A stretch of DNA of 63,968 nt, the filler included, from Octopus bimaculoides (taxonomy: Eukaryota): NCBI RefSeq assembly GCF_001194135.2. It is 5 parts of 4 records of this genome, joined end to end, with 100 filler letters (N's around TTAATTAATTAA, not from the genome) between each part and the next. Parts side by side here need not be neighbours in the genome. Positions count along the whole stretch, not along the records: positions 1 to 25,796 come from NC_069005.1; 4 more parts are not named here. One strand, given 5' to 3'. The notes beneath the pieces are model-generated. The model saw only the letters and a list, made by a program, of their open reading frames with translations, had not been told where the DNA came from and searched no databases. Below are positions 10,918 through 24,395 of this stretch, piece after piece. The first letter of the stretch is position 1; every line of letters begins with the position of its first letter. Both the position numbers and the translations under genes were made by a program.

Positions 10918-11491
10918 ATTTATAATTAATATTGGAGACAAGAATTTAAGCAGAAAAAGAAAATGATGTTATTTACAGGTTTCGTTGATTTCTGACAAAC
11001 ATTTTTTGGTTTTTGGTTGCTAAGTAATTTTTTGCTGAATGGTCTTTCAACAAGATTCTTGTTTGAGTCTCAAGACAATAGTCTCAAACATTTTGAGGAA
11101 AATGGATCTGGAATGTGAAAAAAAAAAAAATGAATAAATAAATAAATAAAATGCAAATAAAAAAAAATGAAAGAAAGAAACATTTCAGTTAAAAATTACA
11201 GACCATGCTCTGGTGTGGACACGTATACATACAGACATACACACACATATACATACATACATACACATATACACAAATGCAGACACACACACATACATAC
11301 ATACATACATAGGTACATACATACATACATAGGTACATACATACATACACACATACATACACATATACACACACATGCAGACACACACACATACACACAC
11401 ACACACAGAAAGCCAATCAGCCAAATTCCTTATCAACATTTCTTAGTTCCAAAGACTAAAGTATGAAGCAATAACCTTTAAACTATGGAAA

Positions 11492-11499
<8 letters not shown>

Positions 11500-11536
<37 letters not shown>

Positions 11537-11925
11537 CCTTTCTGCAATAGGCACAAGGCCTGGAATTTGTGGGGAGTGGGGGATAGTCGAATACGTCGAC
11601 CCCAGTGTTTCACTGGTACTTAATTTATTGACCCTGAAAGGATGAAAGGCAAAGTCGGCTTCAGTGGAATTTGAACTCAGAACGTGAAGACAGACAAGAT
11701 GCTGCTAAGCATTTTGCCCAGCATGCTAACAACTCTGCCAGCTTACAATAGCTACAGCATGACCAGGGAAACATGTATGGCAGTGGGTTAAGAAGTTCAT
11801 TTTCTATCTACATGGTTTTGAGTTCAGAATGGTACCTTGGGCAAGTGTCTCCTTCTATAGCTCAAGGCTGACCAAAGCCTTGAGTGAATTTGTTTGGGGG
11901 AAACTGAAAGAATCCCATCCTATAT
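11500..11925. mobile_element. SINE family A copy (11500-11745, -) and SINE family B 5' part (11770-11925, +)
   Basis: Shared cores with other copies in the window. Confidence 0.75.
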
Positions 11926-11929
11926 ATAT

Positions 11930-12130
11930 ATAGTGGGTCCTGTGCCAGTGGCACGTAAAAGGCACCCACTACACTCTCGGAGTGGTTGACATTAGGAAGG
12001 GCATCCAGCTGTAGAAACTCTGCCAAATCAGATTGGAGCCTGGTGCAGCTGTTGGCTCTCCAGACCTCAGTGAAACCGTCCAACCCATGTTAGCATGGGA
12101 AACGGACGTTAAACAACGATGATTATGATG
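11930..12130 (+). mobile_element. RTE-type 3' terminal segment with (GAT)n tail
   Basis: gtgccagtggcacgtaaaaggcaccc..ggaagggcatccagctgtagaaac..gtccaacccatg..ggacgttaaac-(gat)n; related copies at 5140-5262 and 12690-12935. Confidence 0.7.
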
Positions 12131-12229
12131 AGGATATATGTATGTGTGTGTGTGTTTGTGTGTGTATGTGTGTGTGTGTTTGTGTATGTATGTGTGTGTC
12201 TAATAGCCCTGTCTACCTCCTTGTTCCAC

Positions 12230-12545
12230 CACCATGTTACTCTGGATCAGGAGGGGACCTTACACCACCCACAAATCTGGTCGGTGGCTTTCAACAGGTT
12301 GTCCCGCAGAAATCTCCAATTGTCTTCCACGTTGTATGATGCTATAACCCCTTCTATTTCGTTAAATGCTTCAAGTAACTTGTCTCTAAGTCTCTGTCCG
12401 TTTGCAGGGTCTTTAAGCTTCCACACCCTTCTCCTCCAAGCCTGTCTAATTCTGGGCACCCATTTTGCCTTGATCCCAAAGTCGCTAACTACTAATCTAT
12501 GTTGTGGGGTACATTCTTCGCCAGGGTAGGTTTTGGCATTTATAA
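12230..12545 (-). mobile_element. RTE LINE fragment, end of the APE endonuclease plus linker
   Basis: Translation GEECTPQHRLVVSDF..RRRVWKLKDPANGQR..VEDNWRFLRDNLLKATDQICGW is typical of RTE ORFs. Confidence 0.8.
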
Positions 12546-12689
12546 GCCGCCCTCTTTCCCTATTTCTGGCGAGGATGTGTGTTTGTGTGTGTATGTGTGT
12601 GTGTGTTTGTGTGTGTATGTGTGTGTGTGTTAGTGTGTACTCTTGTCTAGACAAGATGTGATGGTGGCAAAACGAGCATTATCGTAATG

Positions 12690-12935
12690 CAAGCAAAGTC
12701 GTTCGTTTCCAGTGTTCCGTGAAAAACATGTCTGGTTTATGGGGAAATATCTACCTTACTTGGAAAGCTATGAAGGTTGGCAACAGGAAAGGCATCCAGC
12801 CGTAGAAAATTTTTCCTCAACAAAGTCCGTCTGATCCATGCAAACATAGAAAAGTGGACATCAAAAAAAAAAAATTACAATGATAATGATGATGATGATG
12901 ATGATAATGGTGATGATGATGGTGATGATGATTAC
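12690..12935 (+). mobile_element. RTE-type 3' tail with (GAT)n
   Basis: gttggcaacaggaaaggcatccagccgtagaaa..aaagtggacatcaaa-(gat)n. Confidence 0.65.
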
Positions 12936-13208
12936 ATACTTATCAACAATGAACTATTTTTTTTTTTTCAACGTTACACCACCTTATATCATCTGCTTTT
13001 CCTTTCTGATTATTATCATCGTTGCAAAGAGAAGGGGGTCTGGTGCACTAATTAGTTATTGATATATTAATTAATAATGACAAAAGGTGAAAGTTCAAGC
13101 CGGCTGTTACTGGGTCAAGGAGGTAAGGAAGGTCAGCACGATATGTCATTCACACATTCTGCACTTAATTTTTTGCCAATATGCTGACCATACTGTCAAT
13201 CTAACCCC

Positions 13209-13425
<217 letters not shown>

Positions 13426-13630
13426 ATTTCTAAATCTCTCAGGGAGATTTATGCAGTTGTGATGCGATAAAGTAGTTGTATGCTGTCAACTTAATGTGAC
13501 AGTCCCATGAAAAGGAATAATACTACAGCTATTTAGCCCTAGGAAGCAGCACCGCTTCCTGTCGGCCTTGACATGTTTCCTGTGTCCTTATGTTTACAAG
13601 CACCCCCACCTAGCTAAGCCACACACACAC

Positions 13631-13674
<44 letters not shown>

Positions 13675-14269
13675 GGAGAGAGAGAGAGGGAGAGAGAGAG
13701 AGAAATATAATGATAATTACCATCATTATCTTAATACCGAATGTTCTGTGTTTGCACCAGTTATATGGTGCTTCCTTGAAGCAGATTTTCTACAGTTAGA
13801 CGCTCTTTCTGTCACTAACCCTCACCCGTTTCCATATAAGGTACTATTTCCCCCTACCCATCCTCCCCTAACACTTCTTCATCCACAAAAAAACAGCACA
13901 ATAGCCAGCTATGATTTCACAGAGGTCTGCAAATGAGTAACACCACTTGTATAATGGTGACATACACTTGCAATTAGCACAGGATGTTGACATAATGAGG
14001 CACTCACGCTTACACACATACATTTATTCATACATGTTTAGCTGATTATCTATCTGTCTGTCTGTCTATCTATCTATTTGTCTGTCTATCTATTTGTCTG
14101 TCTATCTATCAATCTATCCATCCATCTATCCATTCATCCACATATCTATCTGTCCATTTTCTGTCTGTCTGTCTATAATATAATATAATAATAATATAAA
14201 TAATATATGCATATATCCATACATATATGTGCATACCTACATCTATATGTATACATACATGCATATGCG

Positions 14270-14403
14270 TAGGCATAGCTGTGTGGTAAGAAACTTGCTT
14301 TCCAACCACATGGTTCTGGGTTCAGTCCCACCGCGTGGTACTTTGGGCAAGTGATGAAAGCCTTGGAAGTGAATTTGTTAGATGGAAACTGGAAGAAGCA
14401 TGT

Positions 14404-14450
<47 letters not shown>

Positions 14451-14660
14451 TTGTGTGTATGGGTCCGTGTTTGTCGCTCCGCCATCACACAACTGATGCT
14501 GGTGTGTTTAGGTTCTGGTAACTTACCAGTTTGGCAAAAGAGACCGATAGAATAAGTACTAGGCTTAGAAAGAATAAGTGCTGGGGGTTGATTTCTTCTA
14601 CTAACACCCTTTCAGGCAATGCTCCAGCATGGCTGCAGTCAAAATGAATAGAAGAATATA
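14270..14660 (+). mobile_element. SINE family B with internal (TA)n/(TG)n microsatellite
   Basis: tRNA-like head (tggtaagaaacttgcttt..gggttcagtcccac), central microsatellite, 3' part gatagaataagtactagg..gctccagcatggctgcagtc. Confidence 0.85.
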
Positions 14661-15039
14661 TATATATATATAACTTGAGAAACAAGTAGAGGGATTAGTG
14701 GCAGGAAGAGCATCCAGACGTAAAACAATGCCTAGCATGAAGAAACAGATGTAAACAAAAATAAGAACAAACTTGTATCTATATATTACATAATCTATTA
14801 TGCATGTACATGTATAGATGATATATATACATATATATATATAGAGAGAGTGAGAGACAGACACGCACACACAAGAAAATACATATATATATACATGAGT
14901 GGGTGTGTATATATATGTGTGTGAATATATATATACACACGCTTATATATACATCTATATTTATACGTTTACGTACATATAGTTATATTTGTGACCATAT
15001 ACGTATACGCTAACAAATATACACACATTTATATAAGCG

Positions 15040-15091
<52 letters not shown>

Positions 15092-15405
15092 TACGGGCAT
15101 ACGATGTGCGAATACACACACACACGCACACTCACACACACACATATACATATAGATATATGTGTATGACTGTTCCACCATCAACTTATTCGTCATCTCT
15201 GAATAATACAAACACAAAAAATATCATCATCATCATCATAATCATCATCATCGTCATCGTCATCACCATCGCCATCACTAACAAGCCTGACTTAACGGAT
15301 CTTATATACACATATATATTTATATACATATATAAATATAAACATGCTATTATATACATAGATTGCCATATATAGTACATGTCAAACAATAACGAAATAA
15401 CTTAC

Positions 15406-15800
15406 GGAAAGTGGAGCAATCTTGCCGAAGAGACATGAGAGAAGATAAAGAATTAGGATGATTGCTAGACACGAGAAATGAAGACAATCGGTGTCAGACG
15501 AAAAATGGCCACCTTTTAAGAAACATCCGACCGACACTTCACTCCCAACCAGCGTGATTTTTGTTTCGGTTTTTGATTGTTGTTGTTGTTGCTGTTTAAG
15601 GTCTGTCTGATTAGTTTTCATCGAGCTGGCCCACGATTGAAGATATAGCCTCCGTTTCTTATCGGAAGGCATATCTAGGAGTTTATCATCTCTCACTCTT
15701 TTTCTTTGTTTTTGAGAGAAATTTAGCTACTGTTTCTAGCAAGTTAAGCGATCGCGTAGATGTTCCTTGGTTCACTTGTCTTCTTAGAGGAGGTGGTGGC
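15406..15800 (-). other. Candidate exon with a strong donor; possible 5' exon of the TMEM45-like gene or first exon of an unknown gene
   Basis: Non-repetitive, relatively CpG-rich sequence ending in TCC|gtaagt at 15406/15405. Frame MPSDKKRR..(Q)n..IILILYLLSCLFGKIAPLS is open from the ATG at 15672 to the donor. The 5' boundary is approximate. Confidence 0.4.
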
Positions 15801-16924
15801 GCTGTATATGTGGTGGTGGTGAGGGTGAAGTTGATGTACACACACACACACATCCATAGATATGTGCAATCACGGGGCGTCTGGGAGGTACTTTATCAGT
15901 ACCCCTACCCCCCACACACAGAGACACAGGTGCGTGAATGTGTGTTGAGTGGTACGTTTTTCGCTTGTCCACTATCGCGCGCGCGCGGGTGTGAGTCTTT
16001 GTCCTTCCATCCATCCATCCATCCATCCATCTATCTATTAATCTATCTTTCTCTCTCGCCATTTATCTATCTATCTATCTATCTATCTATCCATTCATCT
16101 ATCTATCTATCTATCTGTCTGTCTGTCTGTCTGTCTGTCTGTATGGATGGATGTACATAAAAAGTTCTTATCGGCCATTTCTTTCTTTCTTTCTTTCCCC
16201 GTTCTGTGAATCTTAATCTTCAATAAACACAAACATTTTTCTAAGAAACAAAAATATTCCCTGCTGCCAGATTCGACTGTACTTCTTGCCCTCTCTCTCT
16301 TTCTCTCTCTCTTCCTCTCTCTCTCTCTTCCTCTCTCTCTCTCTTCCTCTCTCTCTCTCTTCCTCTCTCTCTCTCTTCCTNNNNNNNNNNNNNNNNNNNN
16401 NNNNNNNNNNNNNNNNNNNNNNNNNNNNNNNNNNNNNNNNNNNNNNNNNNNNNNNNNNNNNNNNNNNNNNNNNNNNNNNNNNNNNNNNNNNNNNNNNNNN
16501 NNNNNNNNNNNNNNNNNNNNNNNNNNNNNNNNNNNNNNNNNNNNNNNNNNNNNNNNNNNNNNNNNNNNNNNNNNNNNNNNNNNNNNNNNNNNNNNNNNNN
16601 NNNNNNNNNNNNNNNNNNNNNNNNNNNNNNNNNNNNNNNNNNNNNNNNNNNNNNNNNNNNNNNNNNNNNNNNNNNNNNNNNNNNNNNNNNNNNNNNNNNN
16701 NNNNNNNNNNNNNNNNNNNNNNNNNNNNNNNNNNNNNNNNNNNNNNNNNNNNNNNNNNNNNNNNNNNNNNNNNNNNNNNNNNNNNNNNNNNNNNNNNNNN
16801 NNNNNNNNNNNNNNNNNNNNNNNNNNNNNNNNNNNNNNNNNNNNNNNNNNNNNNNNNNNNNNNNNNNNNNNNNNNNNNNNNNNNNNNNNNNNNNNNNNNN
16901 NNNNNNNNNNNNNNNNNNNNNNTA

Positions 16925-17095
16925 CATATATACGACGGGCTTCTTTCAGTTTCCGTCTATCAAATCCATTCACAAGGCTTTGGTCGGCCCGAGGCTATAG
17001 TAGAAGACACTTGCCCAAGGTGCCACGCAGTGGGACTGAACCCGGAACCATGTGGTTCGTAAGTAAGCTACTTACCACAGCCACTCCTGCGCCTA
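16925..17095 (-). mobile_element. SINE family B 5' half (3' half lost in the gap)
   Basis: Near-identical to 37655-37822 and 20400-20562. Confidence 0.85.
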
Positions 17096-17534
17096 TAAAT
17101 TTATTAATTTAACCGTTAATGGTGAAACTTCGGAGTATAGAAATAACTATATAGCCATTACAATCCGATAATGGCTTAGCAACTTTGAAGTCACTGTCAC
17201 CTCGTTAAAAAATAGTAAATATGTCTGTCTGTCTGTCTGTCTGTATGAGTGTGTGGATTTTTATTCGCATTCCTAGCAACTCTGGTTGTTAACCATGAGC
17301 TATCAGAAGTGTTTAGCTTATCGAATTTCCTCATAATCTTGATATCAGAAAAAAGTGTGCAACCTTCGATCTCTATAAATTGCTACTGTTCCCGACCGTG
17401 CATTATTCATTTCTTGCCTTTCTATACCTGCCACGGGCTGCTTGAAACTTACTAACTTCCTACACTTGGCTCCCTGGATCTTACTCTGATATATCGATAC
17501 ATACATACATACATACATATGTATATACCTTTGC

Positions 17535-18070
17535 ATATTCCCTTCATCAGCTGTCGACTAAGTATCATAACGATTTCGGTACCTTTTGATAGTACCGCTC
17601 CATCCAGTGGGGATAAGCAACATTAACTCTACCAGGAAATATTCGGTTTGTTTGAGCCCATACTGCAGCACACTACACCTTTCTCATTGCTTTTTCCTGC
17701 ACCCCCACTACTAAACTGGATGCAGCTGTGTCCACTCCAGCCAACCAGGCAACACCTACTACGTTTTGTTATCCACAGATGAGTTTTTTGCTCTTAACTA
17801 TGGCATTCCTCTTACATAAACTTACCATATTCAGGCTGAAGCACTACGTACTTTCCTCCCCAGTTTACCGATCGTCGCTTCCACAAAAGGAATCACTGTA
17901 CACCGCCATCTTCTTGCTTTACACGATGCCCTAAAACCTTCATATTTAAGGTTCCATTTTTTAATGAACCGACCCCAGGTAACCTTCCCAAAAAGGTAAC
18001 ATGGAGTCGGGCCATTTCGTCAAATAACTTGCCATGCCATAAAGTCAGATCGCTGTGCTTTCTCTTCTTA
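17535..18070 (-). mobile_element. Decayed 3' end of an RLE-type (R2/HERO/NeSL-like) non-LTR retrotransposon
   Basis: Translation ..KWNLKYEGFRASCKARRWRCTVIPF..GKLGRKVRS..LPGWLEW resembles the restriction-like endonuclease C-terminus (KYxxLxxxCxxxGWxxxxxPxEVG..RWLW); contains stops. Confidence 0.55.
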
Positions 18071-18339
18071 TTGTATTACATCTTGTAACAGAAGCTCGTT
18101 CTTCAAATCTATTCGGATCTCCCAGTCATTAGCACCATGTAGAAGTCTTGGGACTAGGAATTCTTTAACTTATAGTCTTGTATTATTCCTTCTGCGTCTC
18201 TCTCTTCCCACTCTCTCTCTCTCTCTCTCCTTGTAGAACAGGACAAGGTACAACTTGGTGTAGATTCTTATTAAATTATTGTCATTGCGTTGTTCTCACC
18301 AGCGATATTGGAGACTCTGATAATCCTTTTTATTTTAAG

Positions 18340-18560
18340 TACAAGGCCTTAACTCTTGAGGGTTGGGGCTAACCGATTACATCGATCTCGGTGCTTAAAT
18401 AGAACTTTATCTTCTCGACCCCGGAGGATGAAAAGCAAAGTTAACCTCGGCAGGATTCGAGCTTAGTGCGCAAAGAGTCAAATGAAATACCTTCTATCCA
18501 ACGTGCAAACGATTGTGTTCGTAACCTGGTTGGAGACTTTAATTACGCTACCAGGAATAT
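18340..18560 (-). mobile_element. Degenerate SINE family A copy
   Basis: tcgaccccggaggatgaaaagcaaagttaacctcggcaggattcgagc. Confidence 0.7.
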
Positions 18561-18787
18561 TCTTCAAGGCATGCTTTACAAGCTACGGGGGACATTCTCT
18601 GAGGAAGCGCATAACCTCCACACCTATGACATTCAGCTGTGTGACACTACCACCTCACCCCATCCTACTCCCACCGCCATTCCCCATTGCCTAATATTGA
18701 CCGGGGAGTGGGGCACAGAGCACATCTTACTCTAATCACAGAAAGAATCGTAACCCCACTGGTTCCATTTACCATAATGTTCTGCTG

Positions 18788-19157
18788 CAGTGACTCTCAA
18801 CCGGGGTCCTTGGGATCCATATAAGATTTTGTTGTTAAAATTTATTTCTACAATACGGAAAAAAATTTTAACAATATTTTTGTTTTTGGGGAGAGTCGTT
18901 ATGTTTCAATTCTTTATTGATTAACACACTCACCGGTTCGATTTCCATTCATTTACTTATGTATTTTTCCTAAAATTTTCGTTGCTTCTTGCAACCTCTT
19001 CAAAAGTCGTTGATTCTGTCCGTTATCAGAGCTGCGTTCTTTTTGTTCGTTTGTTTGTGCGCATGTGTGTGCCTCAGCATTGAAAGTTTACGAGGGTCCA
19101 CCCGAACAAAACAGGAATCAAAAGGGTCCATAGACGAAAAATGGTTGAGAAACCACG
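18788..19157. mobile_element. Non-autonomous hAT-like element
   Basis: Ends cagtgactctcaacc ... ggttgagaaaccacg form imperfect TIRs. Flanks ttctgctg / ttttgcag match at 6 of 8 positions, consistent with an 8-bp hAT TSD. Confidence 0.6.
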
Positions 19158-20279
19158 TTTTGCAGTTTTTCTTTTACTCAGTTCTCTCGCTTGCTTCTCC
19201 CCAATTCTCTTGGTTTTGACGAACATTTCTCTTCTTCAATCTGAAGAATTATTTCATTCACCTCCTCTTGCCTGCCGATATTATTCAGGCAGAATATAAT
19301 TTGTTCCATGTCTACCCGAGTCCCACCCTTGTGTTCTACCCCACAGCTATCACTTCCATGGTAATTCCCGATTTGATGTTCGTAAAATCAGTGTGATCCC
19401 AAAAGTTTATTTCAATAAAACATTTCATAATATATTGTCTGCACAGTGTTTAGCGCTTTTACAAAATCAAAGTAGAAAACTGGACAAAACAGAGAACACA
19501 ATTGAAAAAAAAATTAAAAAGACCTGCTAGAAATAGCAGTTAAATTACAGTGCTTTCCTATTATGACAGCTAACTTTATATCTATTAAAGAATTAGTAAA
19601 TAAACTATAACATTGGTGAAACGAGTGTAATAGTTGATCGAGAGACTTTCGGAATAGCTGTCATCACCTATGGAGAGAAGTAACAGGAAAGATTGCTGGA
19701 AAAGGGCAAGGAATTGGAGGGGAAATATCTAAGACTATGAAACGTTTCGGACAAAAAATTATATCACGGAAGGAAACAATCACTCACTTCTGTGTTCCCT
19801 TTCCATAAGGTTATGACCACTATTGTGAAAGCCCACAGATAAACTATTACATAAATCTCACGAGTGTCGTAGTTTGTCTGTTTATTCCGAAGTAAATAAA
19901 ATATTAAGAAAGTCGAGGAATTTCAATTAAATCACAGCCTTCGGCGGACTTTCGGGTGATATGGTCTTAGATGGAAGAAATTCTGGCAAAAAAAGAAATA
20001 AAACTCAGACAGGAATGATTCTAATCACAACTCTGCTCAATCAGCTCTAACCGATAGCACAAGAACAATAACTTTAGAAAACCAACCAAGATCCGTTCTA
20101 AAGGTTAAACAATTTCAATTTATTCTAACAGGGGAAATAACTCAAAGAAAGAATCATTAAGTTGTCTCCCTTGTAAAATATTGAAAAAAAAAATTTATTT
20201 TTGTCCTTTCCTCTTTTGGTGCCTTATAATTTAACACACTCACCGGTAAAATTTCCACTTATTTCTTTAAATCTTTTTT

Positions 20280-21060
20280 TATTCTTGACTGCGGCCATGC
20301 TGGAGCACCGCCTTTAGTACTTATTCTATCGGTCTCTTTTGCCGAACCAGCATCGGTTGTCAAGCGACAAACACAGACACACACATACATATACATATAT
20401 ACGACAGGCTTCTTTCAGTTTCCGTCTACCAAATCCACTCACAAGGCTTTGGTCGGCCCGAGGCTATAGTAGAAGACACTAGCCCAAGGTGCCACACAGT
20501 AGGACTGAACCCGGAACCATGTGGTGCATAAGCAAGCTACTTACCACGCAGCCACTCCTGAGCCTGTTTATCTCAGACATCAGCATCGCATACAAAAACC
20601 TTTCCAAGTCATGGTTGTGGTGGTGGTTTAGGCTTGCACATGCAGGGGAATAAGGCTTGGCAAATGTCGCATGTTTAAACATTCTTTTACTTGTTTCAGT
20701 CAGTTGACTGCGGCCATGCTGGAGCACCACCTTAAAGGGTTTTAGTAGAAGAAATTGACCCCAGGACTTATTCTTTGTCAGCCTAGTACTTTATCAATCT
20801 CTTTTGCCAAACTGCTAAGTTATGGGGGACGTAAACATACCAACATTGGTTGTCAAGCGATGGTGGAGGGACAAACACAGACACACATGCATAAATACAT
20901 ACATATATATATATATATAACAAGCTTCTTTCAGTCTCCCCCAAATCCAGTCACAAAGCATTGGTCAGCCTGAGACTAGAGTAGAAGATACTTGCCTAAC
21001 ATGCTGTGCAGTGGGACTGAACCTGGAACCATGTGGTTGGGAAGCAAGCTTCTTACCTAT
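20280..21060 (-). mobile_element. Two SINE family B copies (20280-20562 internally deleted; 20685-21060)
   Basis: Family B cores in reverse complement. Confidence 0.85.
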
Positions 21061-21539
21061 CCATTCATTTTTGTCACATTCCTCCCCAGCCCCAATTTCT
21101 TCCCTCATCACCATCAAAAACAACACACACACACACACACACACACAAAGAAAAAAATCAACAAATAATGTATTTATTATTATTATTATTATTCTTAATA
21201 TTATTACATATTCTCATACAAACCAGCAAAAAAAAAGAATGAAAAAATTTTAAAAAAAACAACAAAACAGATCAATCATTATAATAACAATAACAACAAT
21301 AATAATAATATTAGCATCATCATCATCATCATTATTATTATTATTATTATTATTCATTTTGAGTACCCATTCATTTACAGGAGGTATTGATGGATTTTTT
21401 AAAATGTTTTTTTTACAGATTCTTTTTCAACTGTTCTTTTTTTTTCAGTATTTTTTTTTTTTTATAATTGTTTTCTTTTTTAATTACACAAATATTCTAG
21501 TGGTTGCACCAACTCTTTCTCCGAAAACAAATTAGAAAG

Positions 21540-21571
<32 letters not shown>

Positions 21572-21892
21572 CATTATTACCATCATTATTATAATTATTA
21601 TTAATATTATTATATACATATATATATATATATTATATTTATTATTATAATTATTAACTTGAAATAATTAATTAAAAAAAAACAAAAAAAAACAACAATA
21701 ATGATAGTGACCACCACCATCATCATCATCATCATCATGAAAATGACCAACAGTTTTATTATTTTTTTTGTCCATATATGGGCACTCTGGACAGAACTGC
21801 CCACGTTTATAGTTTTCTTTATATATCTGTGTGTCTGTCTGTATGTGTGTGTATGTATATATATATATATATTAGATTTTTATATATATGTG

Positions 21893-21933
<41 letters not shown>

Positions 21934-22822
21934 ATATAATTATATATACATGTAACTTAAAATAATTAATAAAAAAAAATAGTCATCCATCATCATTTGC
22001 TCAATAAAAGTTCAATCCTCTACAGGTATATCTGTACAGACAAAGATCAGTTTTAAATTGCTTTTTCAAATAGTTTGTGTTGTGTTTTTTTGCTTCAAAT
22101 TAATGTTTTTTTTTCTCCTTGTTTCCGCACTCCATTTTTTGTTTTTATTTTTGTTTGTTTTTGGTTTTATAGTAATAATAATTATTATTAAAATTATTAT
22201 GCTAAGAGATCATGAATACAATTTATTTTTCTGTCCTCCCTGGATTTTTACATCACCAACACTACCACCATCATCATCATCATATTTGTTATTATTGTCA
22301 TATTATCCAAGTTTTTTTTTTGTTTTACATACATGTCTACTTCCTCTCTCTCTCTCTCTCAACATGTATACACACAAGCACACGTCTACTGCAAAAACCA
22401 CACTTTTCAAATCCGTGTGCAGTCTTGCACAGTTAACCAATGCAATTTGAAAGTGAAGAAAATCAGTAATTAAAGGAGTCGAGGTTTCAATACTTCACTT
22501 TGGCTATCAATTCCCCGACTCATGGGAAATATTTATNNNNNNNNNNNNNNNNNNNNNNNNNNNNNNNNNNNNNNNNNNNNNNNNNNNNNNNNNNNNNNNN
22601 NNNNNNNNNNNNNNNNNNNNNNNNNNNNNNNNNNNNNNNNNNNNNNNNNNNNNNNNNNNNNNNNNNNNNNNNNNNNNNNNNNTATATATATATATGCACA
22701 CACACACACACACATACACGTGTGTGTGTATGTGTTTGCATGTTACTCTTAGATTGCATTGTATTGCTCACAAATGCACACTGGAAAATATTGTTCAATA
22801 TATATAGAGAGAGAAAAAAAGC

Positions 22823-22856
<34 letters not shown>

Positions 22857-24089
22857 ATACAAGTATATACATACATATACATATATAAGTATATATATAT
22901 ATATATATATATAAGTATATACATACATATATATATATATATACATGTATATATATACAGACACACACATATATATATACATGTATATATAGGTGTGTGT
23001 GTATATACATATATAATGTATGTATATATATGGACGATTTTGGCACATTCTCATCCCACCATCTTTCTTATTTTACTTGTGTTTTTTTTAATATGCACAT
23101 GCACGTGTGCATATGCATATAAACACACACACATATATGCAAACTGCATATAGGAGTGTGCATGTGTGAGTTTAATATATGTGAGCATGCCCCTTCAGGG
23201 ATAATATTTGCCCTTAATCTCTTCCCTCCCCTCAAAATAATCTTCTTTTAATACCACCCTCCCCACCACCACCACACTTTCCCTCCCTCTCTTCACCCCC
23301 CACTCTTTCTCTCTCTCTCCCTCTTTCATACCTTCCCCTTCTTGCATACCCTGCCCTTTTCTTTCTTTCCCAATCTCCTACCTGTGTTCAGCCTCAAAAT
23401 TCTTACCTGTTCCTCATTCAAAACTATTATTTTTATTTCTGGTATAATCAATTAAATTAGGCCTCCATAATCAAAAGTACCAGTTAAATACTGGGGTAAA
23501 AAATTTCCAGCACTCAAACATCAGTGGCCTTGTGACAGTGTAATTATAATTATAATCATTAAAATGGTGAGCTGGCAGAATTAACACACCAGACGAGATT
23601 CTTAGCAGCATTCCATACATTTTAACGTTCAACAGTTCATATATGGCCGAGATCGACTTTGCCTTTCTCCTTTTTGGTCAATAAATTAAGTAGCAGTCAA
23701 GCAGAGCAGAGAAGCTTATTATTCTGAGTTCAAATCTCACAAAGGCTGACTTTACCTTTTAAATTACTCCCGAGTTCCAAGTTTTTGGGGTTCACCTAAC
23801 CCTTACCACACAAACCTGTGGCCTTTTATGCATATTTAAATATAAGTATCATCATTAACTATAACCACTATGATTATTTGAAATTTTAAGAATTTTCTAA
23901 TAAGTAAACAACAAAATAAATAAATATGTGTATTCTATGCATTTTTTAAATCCTTATTTCTTAATTTCAAACACAAACTTCTAATCCCACCAAATATTAT
24001 GCAAAAATGATTATCTCCCTTACAGTAACTACCTGCTAGGAGACACCATGTATTTTTCCCCTCATCTTTCACCCTGGAGGCAAATAAAA

Positions 24090-24395
24090 GAAACCATTAT
24101 TATGATTATTGAGTGAGAGAGCAGTGCTTGCCATCAAAGTGAAGCTGGGGGACAAATATACGAAGCCCAGTATACCCATCATGACTACCCGCCTGGTAAG
24201 GGCCCATGCATCACAATCACATGTATGCAACATGGTGACCTCATATCAAGATAAACAGCACATGACCTTGCAGGTGGGGGCTCAGAATTTTCTTCAGGTT
24301 AGGTAGCCCATCTCGCTTAAAAACAACCCTTATTCAGGGACCTTTTGAGGTCCCTGAATAAGGGTTGTTTAAGGATGATGAACGCAACACCCATG
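24090..24395 (+). mobile_element. SINE family D copy carrying an internal perfect palindrome
   Basis: Reverse complement of the copies at 10355-10670 and 46360-46885; 23-bp perfect inverted repeat at 24321-24370. Confidence 0.8.

Noticed and set aside
15620-15696. LLDMPSDKKRRLYLQS resembling a formin GBD segment
   Set aside because: An in-frame stop lies 10 codons upstream with no good acceptor, and the downstream sequence does not continue the similarity.
16270-16380. Regular 16-nt CT-rich unit and other periodic tracts as CRISPR-like arrays
   Set aside because: Simple-sequence repeats with no unique spacers, in a eukaryotic context.
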